From positions 64,001 to 128,000 of IMG/VR virus record IMGVR_UViG_3300047562_003246: a stretch of DNA of 64,000 nt; one strand, 5' to 3'. Source of the DNA: a virus. The position numbers and the translations under genes were made by a program. This document shows positions 50,413 to 60,188 of this stretch, in pieces (the stretch's first letter is position 1; each line of letters begins with the position of its first letter). The notes beneath the pieces are model-generated. The model was not told the origin of the DNA. It saw nothing but the letters and a program-made list of their open reading frames with translations, and did not search any database.

Positions 50413-50790
50413 GTGCGATCTATTAGACTCACTTTCGACGTAGCCGAAGCGCCTTACACTAACGTTGACAGAGTTTTTCACAGGCTAACGTGTACAGCCA
50501 GCGAGGCGGTTAATATTCCTGCTGAAGTTTTTGTGGTGGATACTTCGTTAGTTGAAGGCAAAGAAATCTATATGTACCCGGCCACACCGGCTGATCTACA
50601 GAACATCGGTGTAGACAATCCTACAGCTGACGGTTTGCTCAGAGTACTGGCGATCTCGATAGACTTGGATAACATGAACCAAGTCGACGAGTTCAAGGCG
50701 TCAATTCAAGCCAGGGTAGCCCTGCTTATTGATACGCTCAATAGACTCGACGAAACTGATGAATCTTTTTCTGTTGTCATAGGTGAGTGA
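50413..50790 (+). CDS. Hypothetical protein
   Basis: GTG start with AAGGA SD; 125 aa. Confidence 0.45.
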   Translation: MRSIRLTFDVAEAPYTNVDRVFHRLTCTASEAVNIPAEVFVVDTSLVEGKEIYMYPATPADLQNIGVDNPTADGLLRVLAISIDLDNMNQVDEFKASIQARVALLIDTLNRLDETDESFSVVIGE

Positions 50791-51095
50791 TGGCTACGTT
50801 CGTTTTGAGCAACGAAGAACTACTGCGAAAACTTGTTTACAATCCGAATGCTGTTTCCGCGTTTTCATTTTTAAAAACGCTTCAAGCCGCAGCACCACCT
50901 GCGGGGTGCCCAAGTTGTGTTCGTAAGAAGTACGAAGGCGGGTTTAGAAAAGCAGCGGAACAGACTAAGCTGCATATTGTAAACATGAGTCAAGACGATA
51001 TACTTCGACTCAAAGAATTTCTTGGTGTGTCAGCTGACACACAGGTTATCGTTTGGTATTTACATAACAACAAGACAGAAAAAAAGGTACTGTGA
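50787..51095 (+). CDS. Small CxxC protein
   Basis: GCPSCVRKK; coupled to neighbours. Confidence 0.45.
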   Translation: MMATFVLSNEELLRKLVYNPNAVSAFSFLKTLQAAAPPAGCPSCVRKKYEGGFRKAAEQTKLHIVNMSQDDILRLKEFLGVSADTQVIVWYLHNNKTEKKVL

Positions 51096-51520
51096 TGTTG
51101 CACGTTGAAAAATTTGACAAGCAGACCAATGCGTTGATCATCTTTAGCGATCTGCCGTCGCTAGAAGAACAAATGACCGAACTACGGTCGCCGGGTGTTC
51201 AAGACATTGCATATGACTACTGCAATAAAAACGGAATCAACATCGATGGCATTCGTGATACATCTGGACGCGACGTTAAATTTTTTGACAAACAAACAAT
51301 GCAGCCTATTCGATTGGTGCAGGCACTTAGCGCTGACGAAAAAAGAAAAGGCGCAGATTCTAATGTGATTGTTCGCAGATTGATTACACTAGCAGTCAGC
51401 TCAGTGGGTCCATCCTCACTGTCTCAGTTGCTAGGTAACAAGTACGGAACAACGACGAATGTTAAAGAACCAGTTCCCGCAGAAGTCGGCAGCACTAGGA
51501 AGACCAAATCCAAGAAGTGA
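51092..51520 (+). CDS. Hypothetical protein
   Basis: 142 aa coupled ORF. Confidence 0.4.
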   Translation: MMLHVEKFDKQTNALIIFSDLPSLEEQMTELRSPGVQDIAYDYCNKNGINIDGIRDTSGRDVKFFDKQTMQPIRLVQALSADEKRKGADSNVIVRRLITLAVSSVGPSSLSQLLGNKYGTTTNVKEPVPAEVGSTRKTKSKK

Positions 51521-52136
51521 TGTTTACGCTGCTTTAACAAATCCCGAGTCATACGGGATGACTCTTTTTACTGCTGTAGCACAGATCATTGATATCGGCG
51601 AATTGAGTCAAATGTCTTTCGACTCAATTCTGATGGAGATCGAAGACGAGGTTAAAGTAGACCTGAGCGATACACGCAACGGTCTACGCTTGCAAGCCGC
51701 AGTTAGCTTAATGTTTACGCCTTCGATGTTCTACGAAGACGTTACTGGTTTCGAGGATATCTGCAACGCGTTATCGTTTCAAGATATCGATCCGGATGTA
51801 TACGACCCAGCAGAGCCTGACGAAATGGCTTGGGCTATCGCTGAAGCAAAGATCATGGATCCACCTGATCCAAACGAAATGCGATGGTCAACGGATGTGC
51901 GGCTCTACATGGGAACAGCCCTATCGTACTTTGGCGTCCCAAGACCGCCGGTGGGTATGGACGCTGCAATTTACCCAGATCAGTCGGTAAACCCGGCTAT
52001 GCTACTTGCAGACGAACCGGATTTAGTGTCTGCTGTATACGAGCTGCAATCCTCTATTACGCAGCAGATCAATCAATCTGTGCAGGAGCAGCTTCGTGTG
52101 TTGTATTCTCAGTTACAGGTGTTTAGTAAGGAATAG
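51459..52136 (+). CDS. Hypothetical acidic protein
   Basis: 225 aa; start may be 51558. Confidence 0.4.
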   Translation: MLKNQFPQKSAALGRPNPRSDVYAALTNPESYGMTLFTAVAQIIDIGELSQMSFDSILMEIEDEVKVDLSDTRNGLRLQAAVSLMFTPSMFYEDVTGFEDICNALSFQDIDPDVYDPAEPDEMAWAIAEAKIMDPPDPNEMRWSTDVRLYMGTALSYFGVPRPPVGMDAAIYPDQSVNPAMLLADEPDLVSAVYELQSSITQQINQSVQEQLRVLYSQLQVFSKE

Positions 52137-52139
52137 ACA

Positions 52140-52709
52140 ATGACTGAATCTGCGGTAGGTAATCAGTATGTCAATCTAGTTGGGCTTGGTGCTTCCATGG
52201 ACGAGAAGGCTAGAATCGAACTTTTGAGTGCGTCCACTTGTATGTACGATATTCTCAACCATAGAGAATATTCTCCGAGTATTCCTATTCTCGTTGATGG
52301 GCTGCAGGCGAGCTATCGAACGTTGTGCGATAAGCGAAATAAGTGGCATGATTTCAAACTACATTTCATGTTCACCGAGCGACGTATTGAGCTGGGTGCC
52401 CACACCGAAGTCTACTCCCACTTGCCTTATCAAGGGGCAGGAACGCAAGACGTAAAAGAAAGTGACGAAGAGCTGTTCGGATGTTTCCGTACAGGCTTAG
52501 TATCCTTGCTAAACTCGAACCAGTCGAACATGAAAGAAGCGTTCGAATTTTTGTGCAAGCATACCTATCCGGCTATGACTCGCTGGAGATTCAAGTACAG
52601 CAATCGTTATCGTGGTGTCCCGATATTCACGATAACAGCTAAAGACATCCGTGTCTTTGGATTTGAGACTAGGCGATACGACAAGCCGCTTGTAATCGCC
52701 GCTGCTTAA
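52140..52709 (+). CDS. Hypothetical protein
   Basis: 189 aa with AAGGA SD. Confidence 0.45.
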   Translation: MTESAVGNQYVNLVGLGASMDEKARIELLSASTCMYDILNHREYSPSIPILVDGLQASYRTLCDKRNKWHDFKLHFMFTERRIELGAHTEVYSHLPYQGAGTQDVKESDEELFGCFRTGLVSLLNSNQSNMKEAFEFLCKHTYPAMTRWRFKYSNRYRGVPIFTITAKDIRVFGFETRRYDKPLVIAAA

Positions 52710-52717
52710 TTCTTCAC

Positions 52718-53812
52718 CTAATCAACGGCATCGGAACCTAACGAGTCAATCAAAAGCGCCTGGAGGACAGTACTTCCAGGTGCTTTTTTCGTTTGCACCC
52801 TCGATTCTGATTTGTTATTGCTCTTGTCATCTTTTTTGCATGCGCAGGATCCTACAGAATTTTTGCACTTCTTGCAGGACTCCGGTTTCATATCTGCAGC
52901 TGCGGCTTTTTGCAGCTCAACCGGAATTTGATTCGCTTTCTTGGCAATCTCTTTGATGCGACTTGGGCCAAAGAAATTTTCAAGTTCGATGTACTGCAGG
53001 AACTTACCAGGAATGTTCGCAAACTCTGATTGCTTGTAGAACCCGCCTGCAAACGGATAGACCGGTTCGTCGTGCTGAATGATATCGTCCCACGGTGCTC
53101 CGTCAGGGCGAATCTGACAAGCAGCTTTAACGATTTCGGGTAAGCTTTCGTTAATCTCGATAAGATCTTCTTTGTCCAAGACAACTGTTGCAAACTTTTG
53201 TGTCATAAGCATTGTGGCGTTGTCGGTCTCGAAACCATCGAATACCAATCTTCCTCCGACGGCTCGGCTGAATCCTTCGAGATCAGATACGCCGCCGAAG
53301 CCTGCGATCTTGGTAATCCTTGGATCGGTTTCAGACTGTAACGTTGCGGTGATTCTCGTAGCTAGGTCGTGGGCATCGATAGCATCGATAGCCTTTGTCC
53401 CGGCTGCTTTAATTAACCACTGCTGCGCTGCGCGAGCTTCTTTAGCATTGCGAACGGGGTATTTTATGCTAGACGCTGCCGCTTTGTCCATAGCTTGCTT
53501 GTACTGCGAGATACTTGCAGTAAGATCATCTATGATACCGAAGTAACAGGCGCTTTTCATCAACCTATCTTTGACGGTAGGATTGGTACGGTTGTTTTCT
53601 TCCGCGTCCAAAGCGAAAGAAGCAAAACTCAACCAACACGCAGCTTTATTATGAGTTGGATAACGAAGCTGCGGTAATCGCTGCGCAAAGTATTGAGGCG
53701 ACAGCGAAGGGGGTGCCAAAGATTCGGGATCAGCTGTTTTGACGTACTCAGGTAATTCAAAAGCAGCCGCGATTTTGGTTAGGTTAGCTCCCGAAATTTC
53801 AGGCAGGATCAT
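52718..53812 (-). CDS. KxA-motif-rich protein with C-terminal CxxC..C.C cluster
   Basis: TKIAA, VKTAD, MKSAC, DKAAA, IKAAG, TKIAG, QKFAT, VKAAC, QKAAA; CKKCKNSVGSCAC. Confidence 0.55.
   Translation of the reverse strand: MILPEISGANLTKIAAAFELPEYVKTADPESLAPPSLSPQYFAQRLPQLRYPTHNKAACWLSFASFALDAEENNRTNPTVKDRLMKSACYFGIIDDLTASISQYKQAMDKAAASSIKYPVRNAKEARAAQQWLIKAAGTKAIDAIDAHDLATRITATLQSETDPRITKIAGFGGVSDLEGFSRAVGGRLVFDGFETDNATMLMTQKFATVVLDKEDLIEINESLPEIVKAACQIRPDGAPWDDIIQHDEPVYPFAGGFYKQSEFANIPGKFLQYIELENFFGPSRIKEIAKKANQIPVELQKAAAADMKPESCKKCKNSVGSCACKKDDKSNNKSESRVQTKKAPGSTVLQALLIDSLGSDAVD
52752..52789. terminator. Terminator for the + strand operon, overlapping the 3' end of the antisense gene
   Basis: aaaagcgcctgga / tccaggtgctttttt stem 43 nt after stop 52709. 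Confidence 0.7.
52842..52855 (+). repeat. Dispersed 14-mer, exact copy
   Basis: Read directly; lies in the minus-strand gene and is translated as VGSCA. Confidence 0.95.
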
Positions 53813-53813
53813 T

Positions 53814-56366
53814 GTGATTTCTCTATTACGTGACTTAGATTTTCAAGCAATTGCTAGACACTTACAACTAAATATACAAAGATTTTCATTACCCACATCG
53901 TCCAATTGTCCTTTATGTCGTGTAGGTAAAGTCCGGTACCTTCAGGACATGTGTAGTGGAGGAGTAGTTTTTTGTTGCTCAAAATGCAATCAGTCTGGTG
54001 ACTTGATCGATCTACTGTCAAAGATCTGGAACAAAAACGACATGTCAGTTTGTTACGAGCTGCGTCGTTTGCAGCTCAGTCACATGGGTAACTTCGATCC
54101 GTTTAAAGTTGTCGAAGACAGAAGTAAGTTTAAGGCATTACTGCAGAAAAACGAAAGGGTACTGGCTACCATCATGAATCCTGGTTTGCGTGACAGTGGC
54201 GCAGCCCAGGTAGCTGTGCAGCGACTAGGTGTTCGCATCGTGCATTCTTACGTCGACACCAAGGATTACTGCCCAAATATTTTTGGTTGTGCGTCTAGAA
54301 GTCAAATCAAGGCGGCGGAACAAAAACTCTCGACCAAGAATATTAAGCACGATCTACGCAGCAGATCACAACGCCCAATGCTTGCTGTCCCTTTTAGAGA
54401 CCTACCTAACAGACTTGTTGGGTACACACTGATCGATCGAGACGAAGTAGAACTGCGACCTGATTCACTCAATTGCACGCTGAAGATTGGACAATACAGC
54501 GAAGACGGTGTAGCCTGTCATCCGTCTTTGTTCTTTGAGAATCGGGGTTCAATACTGATAACGACTAACGTGTTTATCGCCGTTCAGCTTTGGTCTAAAG
54601 CCGCGTTTCAAAACTACACTAAACTACCTTTGGTAGCTGCCAAAGAACAAACATCTTGTTGGCAATTGTTTGGCGACAAATTCAAAATAGTGTTAGCTTT
54701 TGGCAAAGCAGATCTATCGGCTATCAGGCTCGCAGTAAGACTAGACTGTCTGCTTTACGTCGCAGAGCTTAAAGGTACGTTTGAAAAGTGGATGCATAAC
54801 CTGCGTGTAAGCAGGTTACATAAAACAGCGCAGTCAGATAAAAAGCATTGGACGGAAGCTATCGCCAGCGTTGTTAATAAAATGCAACTCGACGAAGCGA
54901 GCGAGTACTTACTTAAACTTGGGCTGCAACCAGACGAACTTGATAGGCTCAAGCAAACTGGCAATACGAAGTTAATCAAAGCTATCAGATATTTTGGTAG
55001 CACGAACCATAATATTCGCTCAGTCAACTATCGTAGCGGCGTCATCGAACAATCTGCCGGTGCGTGGTACTTCTGCTACAAGAACAAAAAAGAGCAGATA
55101 TCTAATGCCATTATTACGCTCAAAGAGATAATCAATTACGGTAATCAGTCAATCGCCACTGTGATTATTCACTATCACGAAAAGGTTGTAGAGTTTCAAG
55201 TTGACTATGAAGAGTTTCAATCGAACACTTTTAAGATTATTCACAACCAGTGCTTGAAGAATCAGTTTACGTTTGTCGTACCTAAGCATTGGCAGTCAGC
55301 GTTGCATTCTGTGATGCTGCATTTCTACAAGCCTGACATTCGAGAAGGTGATGCTTTTGTTGGTTACGATCATGTGACGCGGAGCTGGACAACACCAACG
55401 CATACTGTTGTTAATAACAAAATTTATAAAAAGCCTCCGATGCCAGCTTGGATCGATATTCCTGGCAGTATGCGAGTTAAAAATGCAGGCTGGACAAAGC
55501 ATATACGTGGTAGTTCTCCTGTGGTTGTTGCGTCCATTATTGCTGCGGTCAAACAAGCAACATGTTCTGCTGTCGGGGCAGTCAAGCCTCCTCTATTTTT
55601 TACAGGGCACACTTCGCTTTTATGTATGCGAGAGTTGGCAGAAGCTTTGGGAGCTATGGTCGACGTTAAAGATGTACACGATTGGTTTGTTGTCAAAAAG
55701 TCGATCAACGAAAGTACGAAGCAACCATCTATTAAACAAATCGACCAGGCTTATATCGACTCTGCTTGGATGCTAGTTACCGATGCTCAAAGATGTTTCG
55801 GCGCATTTAACGGCGCGATGTCTTTACACGATGCAGGTAATGAATTATTTGTTCCACAAAACAACCATCGAGAATATCTAGCTACAGCGTTTCTGTATTT
55901 ACTTAAACATTGGCACGGAGAAACCGATATCGTTGATTACTGTTTAAAACGATTGGCGACTAGGAATATTCACTTCGTCAAGAAAAGCATTGAAGCATGT
56001 TTACACTTAGACGTAGATCCATGCACAGCGTTGGTAGCACTACTAAAGGAAATTCAAAGTCGCGGAACTTTACTCTATGGAACTGACGCCGAAGTCTCTA
56101 AGAAAACAAACGTCGTCCGCACCATGCCCGACAAGCGCACGGTCATTGTTCCGACCGCCGTGATCGAACGAGCAATTAATTCGATGTCGCTTGGCACCTA
56201 TGACTCCGTGAAAATTATTTACAGGTTGTCTAAGAGTCCAAGCTACAAAGGATTCGATAGGCTAAACGGCATGCAAGGTTGGCTTATAGATAAGTTGTTC
56301 TTTGACCAAGCAATAAACGATAAGCGTATCAAGGTTGACTCATTTCAGCTTAGAATCGTTGGCTAA
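53814..56366 (+). CDS. Primase-like protein with N-terminal Zn-binding domain
   Basis: CPLC...FCCSKCNQSGDLIDL resembles the DnaG zinc-binding domain; no intact TOPRIM or Walker A motif recognised. ORF track start 53739; GTG 53814 preferred. Confidence 0.5.
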   Translation: MISLLRDLDFQAIARHLQLNIQRFSLPTSSNCPLCRVGKVRYLQDMCSGGVVFCCSKCNQSGDLIDLLSKIWNKNDMSVCYELRRLQLSHMGNFDPFKVVEDRSKFKALLQKNERVLATIMNPGLRDSGAAQVAVQRLGVRIVHSYVDTKDYCPNIFGCASRSQIKAAEQKLSTKNIKHDLRSRSQRPMLAVPFRDLPNRLVGYTLIDRDEVELRPDSLNCTLKIGQYSEDGVACHPSLFFENRGSILITTNVFIAVQLWSKAAFQNYTKLPLVAAKEQTSCWQLFGDKFKIVLAFGKADLSAIRLAVRLDCLLYVAELKGTFEKWMHNLRVSRLHKTAQSDKKHWTEAIASVVNKMQLDEASEYLLKLGLQPDELDRLKQTGNTKLIKAIRYFGSTNHNIRSVNYRSGVIEQSAGAWYFCYKNKKEQISNAIITLKEIINYGNQSIATVIIHYHEKVVEFQVDYEEFQSNTFKIIHNQCLKNQFTFVVPKHWQSALHSVMLHFYKPDIREGDAFVGYDHVTRSWTTPTHTVVNNKIYKKPPMPAWIDIPGSMRVKNAGWTKHIRGSSPVVVASIIAAVKQATCSAVGAVKPPLFFTGHTSLLCMRELAEALGAMVDVKDVHDWFVVKKSINESTKQPSIKQIDQAYIDSAWMLVTDAQRCFGAFNGAMSLHDAGNELFVPQNNHREYLATAFLYLLKHWHGETDIVDYCLKRLATRNIHFVKKSIEACLHLDVDPCTALVALLKEIQSRGTLLYGTDAEVSKKTNVVRTMPDKRTVIVPTAVIERAINSMSLGTYDSVKIIYRLSKSPSYKGFDRLNGMQGWLIDKLFFDQAINDKRIKVDSFQLRIVG

Positions 56367-56484
56367 ATTTTTAGCTATTTTGCGCCATATATCTTTGCTT
56401 CACTATTAGCTAGTAACGCAGTCCAAAAAAAAAACATCAAATGAACTCCACTCATTTGATGTTTTATTTGCAGCATTACTTGCG

Positions 56485-57258
56485 ATGGAGTCTTCCAATT
56501 TTTTTAACTACCAAAGGAATGCCATGGGCAACGAACAGCAAAAACCCAAAGATCCGCAAAACCAACATGCAGAGGAGTTATCGCAGCTATACGCAAAACT
56601 GCAAGAGGTATCTCGGGCTATCCGAAAAATAGAATCTGAGCAGCATATTTATTTTGGAGAAGATGTTGCCAAAGAGATATGCGAGCAATCGTTCATAAAA
56701 GCAAACAACCAAGAAAAATTCAGAGTCGATCAAACTATCGAGCGTAATTTTTACACGGCAATGTCGTACTTAGTTCTCTCTGTTATGGAGGGAAAAATGA
56801 GTCACAGTTTAGCTCTTCGATGTATACCTACGCTTTTAGACAAAGCACTAACAGAACTGATGGCTACAAAAATGGCCTCAGTTCTTACGTCTTCGCTGCA
56901 GGAAAACTACCCAGCGATAGCTACACTTATCGAGTTTCGCGTTCCGTTTCCTTACTCAGAAACATCGACTTGTCCTGTGTTTGTGAGCGTGGCAGGTCCT
57001 CCTGAAAACAGATATCACTCTCTCGGCATTCTTGGAATATTAAACGGCATGCTGGCAGAGTCGCAAAAAGTTAACGACGTTCCCATCCCAAAGATATTAC
57101 TTGAAGCTGTCTACGGTGAATTCGAACACGCTGATGGACAAAAAGAAAGCGGTTTAATCGCATTTGCTATAAAGTCCATGACTCCGAAACAACAAGAGAC
57201 AACAGATGCTGTGCTCTTAGGAGACGAGGCTGAACCTTTAGACGATGCGATAAATTAA
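56485..57258 (+). CDS. Hypothetical protein
   Basis: 257 aa; probable start ATG 56524; convergent 4-nt overlap with terminase. Confidence 0.45.
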   Translation: MESSNFFNYQRNAMGNEQQKPKDPQNQHAEELSQLYAKLQEVSRAIRKIESEQHIYFGEDVAKEICEQSFIKANNQEKFRVDQTIERNFYTAMSYLVLSVMEGKMSHSLALRCIPTLLDKALTELMATKMASVLTSSLQENYPAIATLIEFRVPFPYSETSTCPVFVSVAGPPENRYHSLGILGILNGMLAESQKVNDVPIPKILLEAVYGEFEHADGQKESGLIAFAIKSMTPKQQETTDAVLLGDEAEPLDDAIN

Positions 57259-59192
57259 ACACCAAGTGCTTCCCAAATTTCTTTAACGCGGCTGCTTAAA
57301 CTCTCAGAAAGAATGAAGCTTCCATCGTTTAACGCAGCTGCGTCTTGTGGTGTAAAGAAATCATCCAGCATCAGGTTGATATCCGGATAACCGAACTGGT
57401 GCCAAATTGCAACCGTCCCAAAGTTGACAGCATTTGCAAAATCATCACTAGTACCTACTAACTTTGTGATAATCGAGAACGAACCACCACCAGCTCTTTC
57501 TATCTGTTCTTGCTTAAGGTTAGTAAAGTCAGACAACAAGGCTCGTCCCATTGTTTGCAGCGTATCTTTTTCGTCACCCATGTACGGATTGAAGAATCGA
57601 ACCCTGCCAGCTTTGATAGCCTGAGCGAGTAATATCAAGCTTCTTGTTTTATCTAGTGTGTAATAAACACCTTCACCTGTTTCAGGATTGGATGCGTGTC
57701 TGCAAAATAATTCTTGTTTTAGGTTTGCGCCGTATCCAATACGAAAAATATTTGTATGTACAGAGGCTTGCATTTTCATAATCATTTCAGAAAAGTAACC
57801 GCCGTTACCTGTGTCGTAGGCAAGCCCATTACATCTGAATCGATTGAGTGTTTCAAGCACCATGCGAGTTTCTAATTGTCTGTCTAATGGGTTAGCGTTT
57901 TCCCAGCCCCATAAGACATCCACAGTACCGTGGTGCGATAGACCAAGCACAGCTATTTTTGTTCGAGAAAGCGGAGCAGGTCCTGCGTCATTTTTGTCTA
58001 GATACTTTAGCGAACCACCACCCCAGTCAATCGCCAACATGCGATAAGAATAATCTTGCACTAAATCTTTGGCGCGATTGACATTGTAGGGAATCCTCAA
58101 ATTAGCTGCTCGCTTGATATCCATTTCACCAAGCAGACCTGCCCCTGAGTCAAACGGTTCTCCGTAGACTTCGTTGTAAAGTCTGTACTTAGGTAACAAT
58201 GGATCTTTGACAAGCTGAATAATCTGCGCCCAGCGAGTTTGACTTTGATTGTGCCAAGGCATGATGGGTTGAGGAATATGGATACCTCGTTTTGTGAACC
58301 ATCGATCAGGATATCTAGATTGCCAGTGACCGTCTTGAACAAAGATAGGTTCTTTGCATTTAGCACAAATAATACCAGGACGCTCTGGACTGATGTCTGG
58401 TCGCCACGGACCAATCATTTTTTCAAGATCGTATTCAACGCTGCAAATGTTTTCTTTTTTGCACGTCTTGTTTCTACATGGAATTACCCATTCACTTTGG
58501 CTGCTTTCTTTCCACTTATGTTGCAGCGTACCATTAAGAGTGAGTGGTGTTCCGCTGTAAACTTCGTAGTTGCCATGCTCGCTACCGTCCATCGTACGCT
58601 GAATAACGTCAATCACATCTAGTAATGTCAGCTGGACTTCGTCAATACGAATCTTGCGAGCACTAAGACCACGAACACGGTTCGCATCGTTGTATGCGTA
58701 AGCTAAAACAATGGTTGACTTGTTTGGAAAAGATCTCTGCAAAACTTGGTTAGCAGCTTTACGATCTATCAGCATCTTTTTGACCGGTGAATCTTCGATC
58801 ATTGGCTGAATGTAAATCGAACTAAGACGCCGAATCATTTCAAAAAATGGCATCACGTAAAGTGTCTTGTAGTTATCGACCATCACAGACTCGATGATCA
58901 TTTCAAGCACGTTGTGAAACGTCTTACCAGTTTGCCGAGCGCACATTTTGACCATGAGCATAACCATGTCCATGTCAAAACAGACTTCAAACGGAAAGTG
59001 TTTCTCTAGTGTGACTTGCTTACCTTCGTATCGAAAAAGTAACGGCAGCAGAGGTGCATAATTTCGCTGATCGCCGCTAAGCTGGAATAATGTAACAAGC
59101 GGTATTAGATCTGGATTAGCGTCAGCAGCTTTCTTACACCAAAGCAGCGCTGGGTTTTCCGGATTGCTAAAGTCTACAGGTTGGATAGCCAT
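57255..59192 (-). CDS. Terminase large subunit (lambda GpA-like motif layout)
   Basis: ARQTGKT (Walker A), RVRGLSARKIRIDEVQ (Walker B), YSGTP coupling motif, CKKENIC/CAKC Zn motifs, LAIDWG, AYDTG and SDDFANA nuclease acidic residues. Confidence 0.9.
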   Translation of the reverse strand: MAIQPVDFSNPENPALLWCKKAADANPDLIPLVTLFQLSGDQRNYAPLLPLLFRYEGKQVTLEKHFPFEVCFDMDMVMLMVKMCARQTGKTFHNVLEMIIESVMVDNYKTLYVMPFFEMIRRLSSIYIQPMIEDSPVKKMLIDRKAANQVLQRSFPNKSTIVLAYAYNDANRVRGLSARKIRIDEVQLTLLDVIDVIQRTMDGSEHGNYEVYSGTPLTLNGTLQHKWKESSQSEWVIPCRNKTCKKENICSVEYDLEKMIGPWRPDISPERPGIICAKCKEPIFVQDGHWQSRYPDRWFTKRGIHIPQPIMPWHNQSQTRWAQIIQLVKDPLLPKYRLYNEVYGEPFDSGAGLLGEMDIKRAANLRIPYNVNRAKDLVQDYSYRMLAIDWGGGSLKYLDKNDAGPAPLSRTKIAVLGLSHHGTVDVLWGWENANPLDRQLETRMVLETLNRFRCNGLAYDTGNGGYFSEMIMKMQASVHTNIFRIGYGANLKQELFCRHASNPETGEGVYYTLDKTRSLILLAQAIKAGRVRFFNPYMGDEKDTLQTMGRALLSDFTNLKQEQIERAGGGSFSIITKLVGTSDDFANAVNFGTVAIWHQFGYPDINLMLDDFFTPQDAAALNDGSFILSESLSSRVKEIWEALGV

Positions 59193-59203
59193 CAGTCATC
59201 AAC

Positions 59204-59416
59204 GTGAAAGTAATGAACGAACCTAGATACAACACACAGACTGACACGATTATCAATCTTGGCGAACTCTATCCTAGCGGCAAACATGTCGGCGATAGAA
59301 CAAACCAAGAGCGTATCAAACAACTTATAGATTTACAAGATAAAGGTGTGATACTAACACCTGCCGCTAGGGAAGAAATAAAGCAGTATCTTAAAAACAG
59401 AGTATCCACAGAATAG
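59204..59416 (+). CDS. Small hypothetical protein
   Basis: 70 aa; divergent from terminase with an 11-nt gap. Confidence 0.4.
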   Translation: MKVMNEPRYNTQTDTIINLGELYPSGKHVGDRTNQERIKQLIDLQDKGVILTPAAREEIKQYLKNRVSTE

Positions 59417-59419
59417 TCC

Positions 59420-59746
59420 TTGCGTAACGGCATACACCGTGTAGTTGTATGCGACAGCCGCATGTCCTCTGCTGGAGAGAGTGTCGTGGGAAAGTATGCC
59501 AACGACAGAAAAGCCCTGGAAGATCGCTTGATTCAACCAGGCAACCCCGAGGTTTCAGAAGCAACGTATGTAACATGCGCTGCGATGATCGGATTGGGTT
59601 ATGTTTTTGGAAGTGGACTTCTTGCTATCGTTGGTCTCGGTGCGCTCGTAGCGCGCGTCATTGTTGAAAGTCAACATGACTTGAGACAACGAGCAGCGGC
59701 TCAATCTTCCAAAAATCAACATGACTCTAACAATCAGCAGCCTTGA
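59420..59746 (+). CDS. Small membrane protein
   Basis: Hydrophobic segment MIGLGYVFGSGLLAIVGLGALVARVIV. Confidence 0.45.
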   Translation: MRNGIHRVVVCDSRMSSAGESVVGKYANDRKALEDRLIQPGNPEVSEATYVTCAAMIGLGYVFGSGLLAIVGLGALVARVIVESQHDLRQRAAAQSSKNQHDSNNQQP

Positions 59747-60092
59747 ACTTCTGATAGCGATCCTCGGCGTTTGTCAAATTCTCGAAGTTTGGCGGCACGG
59801 TTCTATCTGTGCAGAATTTAAAGCCAAACTAGAAGCGGGATATTACATGTCCCCAGATAGTTTTCTAGTCAGATTACTCATGTGTAATTTCTGTCTGAGC
59901 GTCTGGGTGACAGGAGTGGTCGTCTTACTATTAGTTCTTCGACCACTCTTTCATGAATACGTAGCAAACGTAATCACGTTTTTGATATTGGTAGCAGGGT
60001 TGACGCGGGCATCTAATTTGTTACATGATGTTACCCGTCCCTGGAGTCGTACACCAAACTCAAAAGCTGTTGAAGAGAACAGCAAAAAATAA
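59721..60092 (+). CDS. DUF1360-like membrane protein
   Basis: Three hydrophobic segments and LLMCNFCLSVW, matching the LL.C..C.S.W signature. Confidence 0.6.
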   Translation: MTLTISSLELLIAILGVCQILEVWRHGSICAEFKAKLEAGYYMSPDSFLVRLLMCNFCLSVWVTGVVVLLLVLRPLFHEYVANVITFLILVAGLTRASNLLHDVTRPWSRTPNSKAVEENSKK

Positions 60093-60098
60093 GTGAGA

Positions 60099-60133
60099 AG
60101 AGCCGCACAAGGTCACCAGTCTTGTGCGGCTCT
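60099..60133. other. Perfect 13-bp hairpin upstream of the HUH gene
   Basis: agagccgcacaag / cttgtgcggctct with 9-nt loop and only a weak T tract. Confidence 0.8.
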
Positions 60134-60188
60134 GATTTTGACTTCAGGCTAATTTCCCAACCCCAAAGCCAAACCTCAATCAATCACT

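Noticed and set aside
56425-56434. A10 homopolymer as a phase-variation switch
   Set aside because: Intergenic AT-rich context, with no evidence of length variation or a defined promoter.
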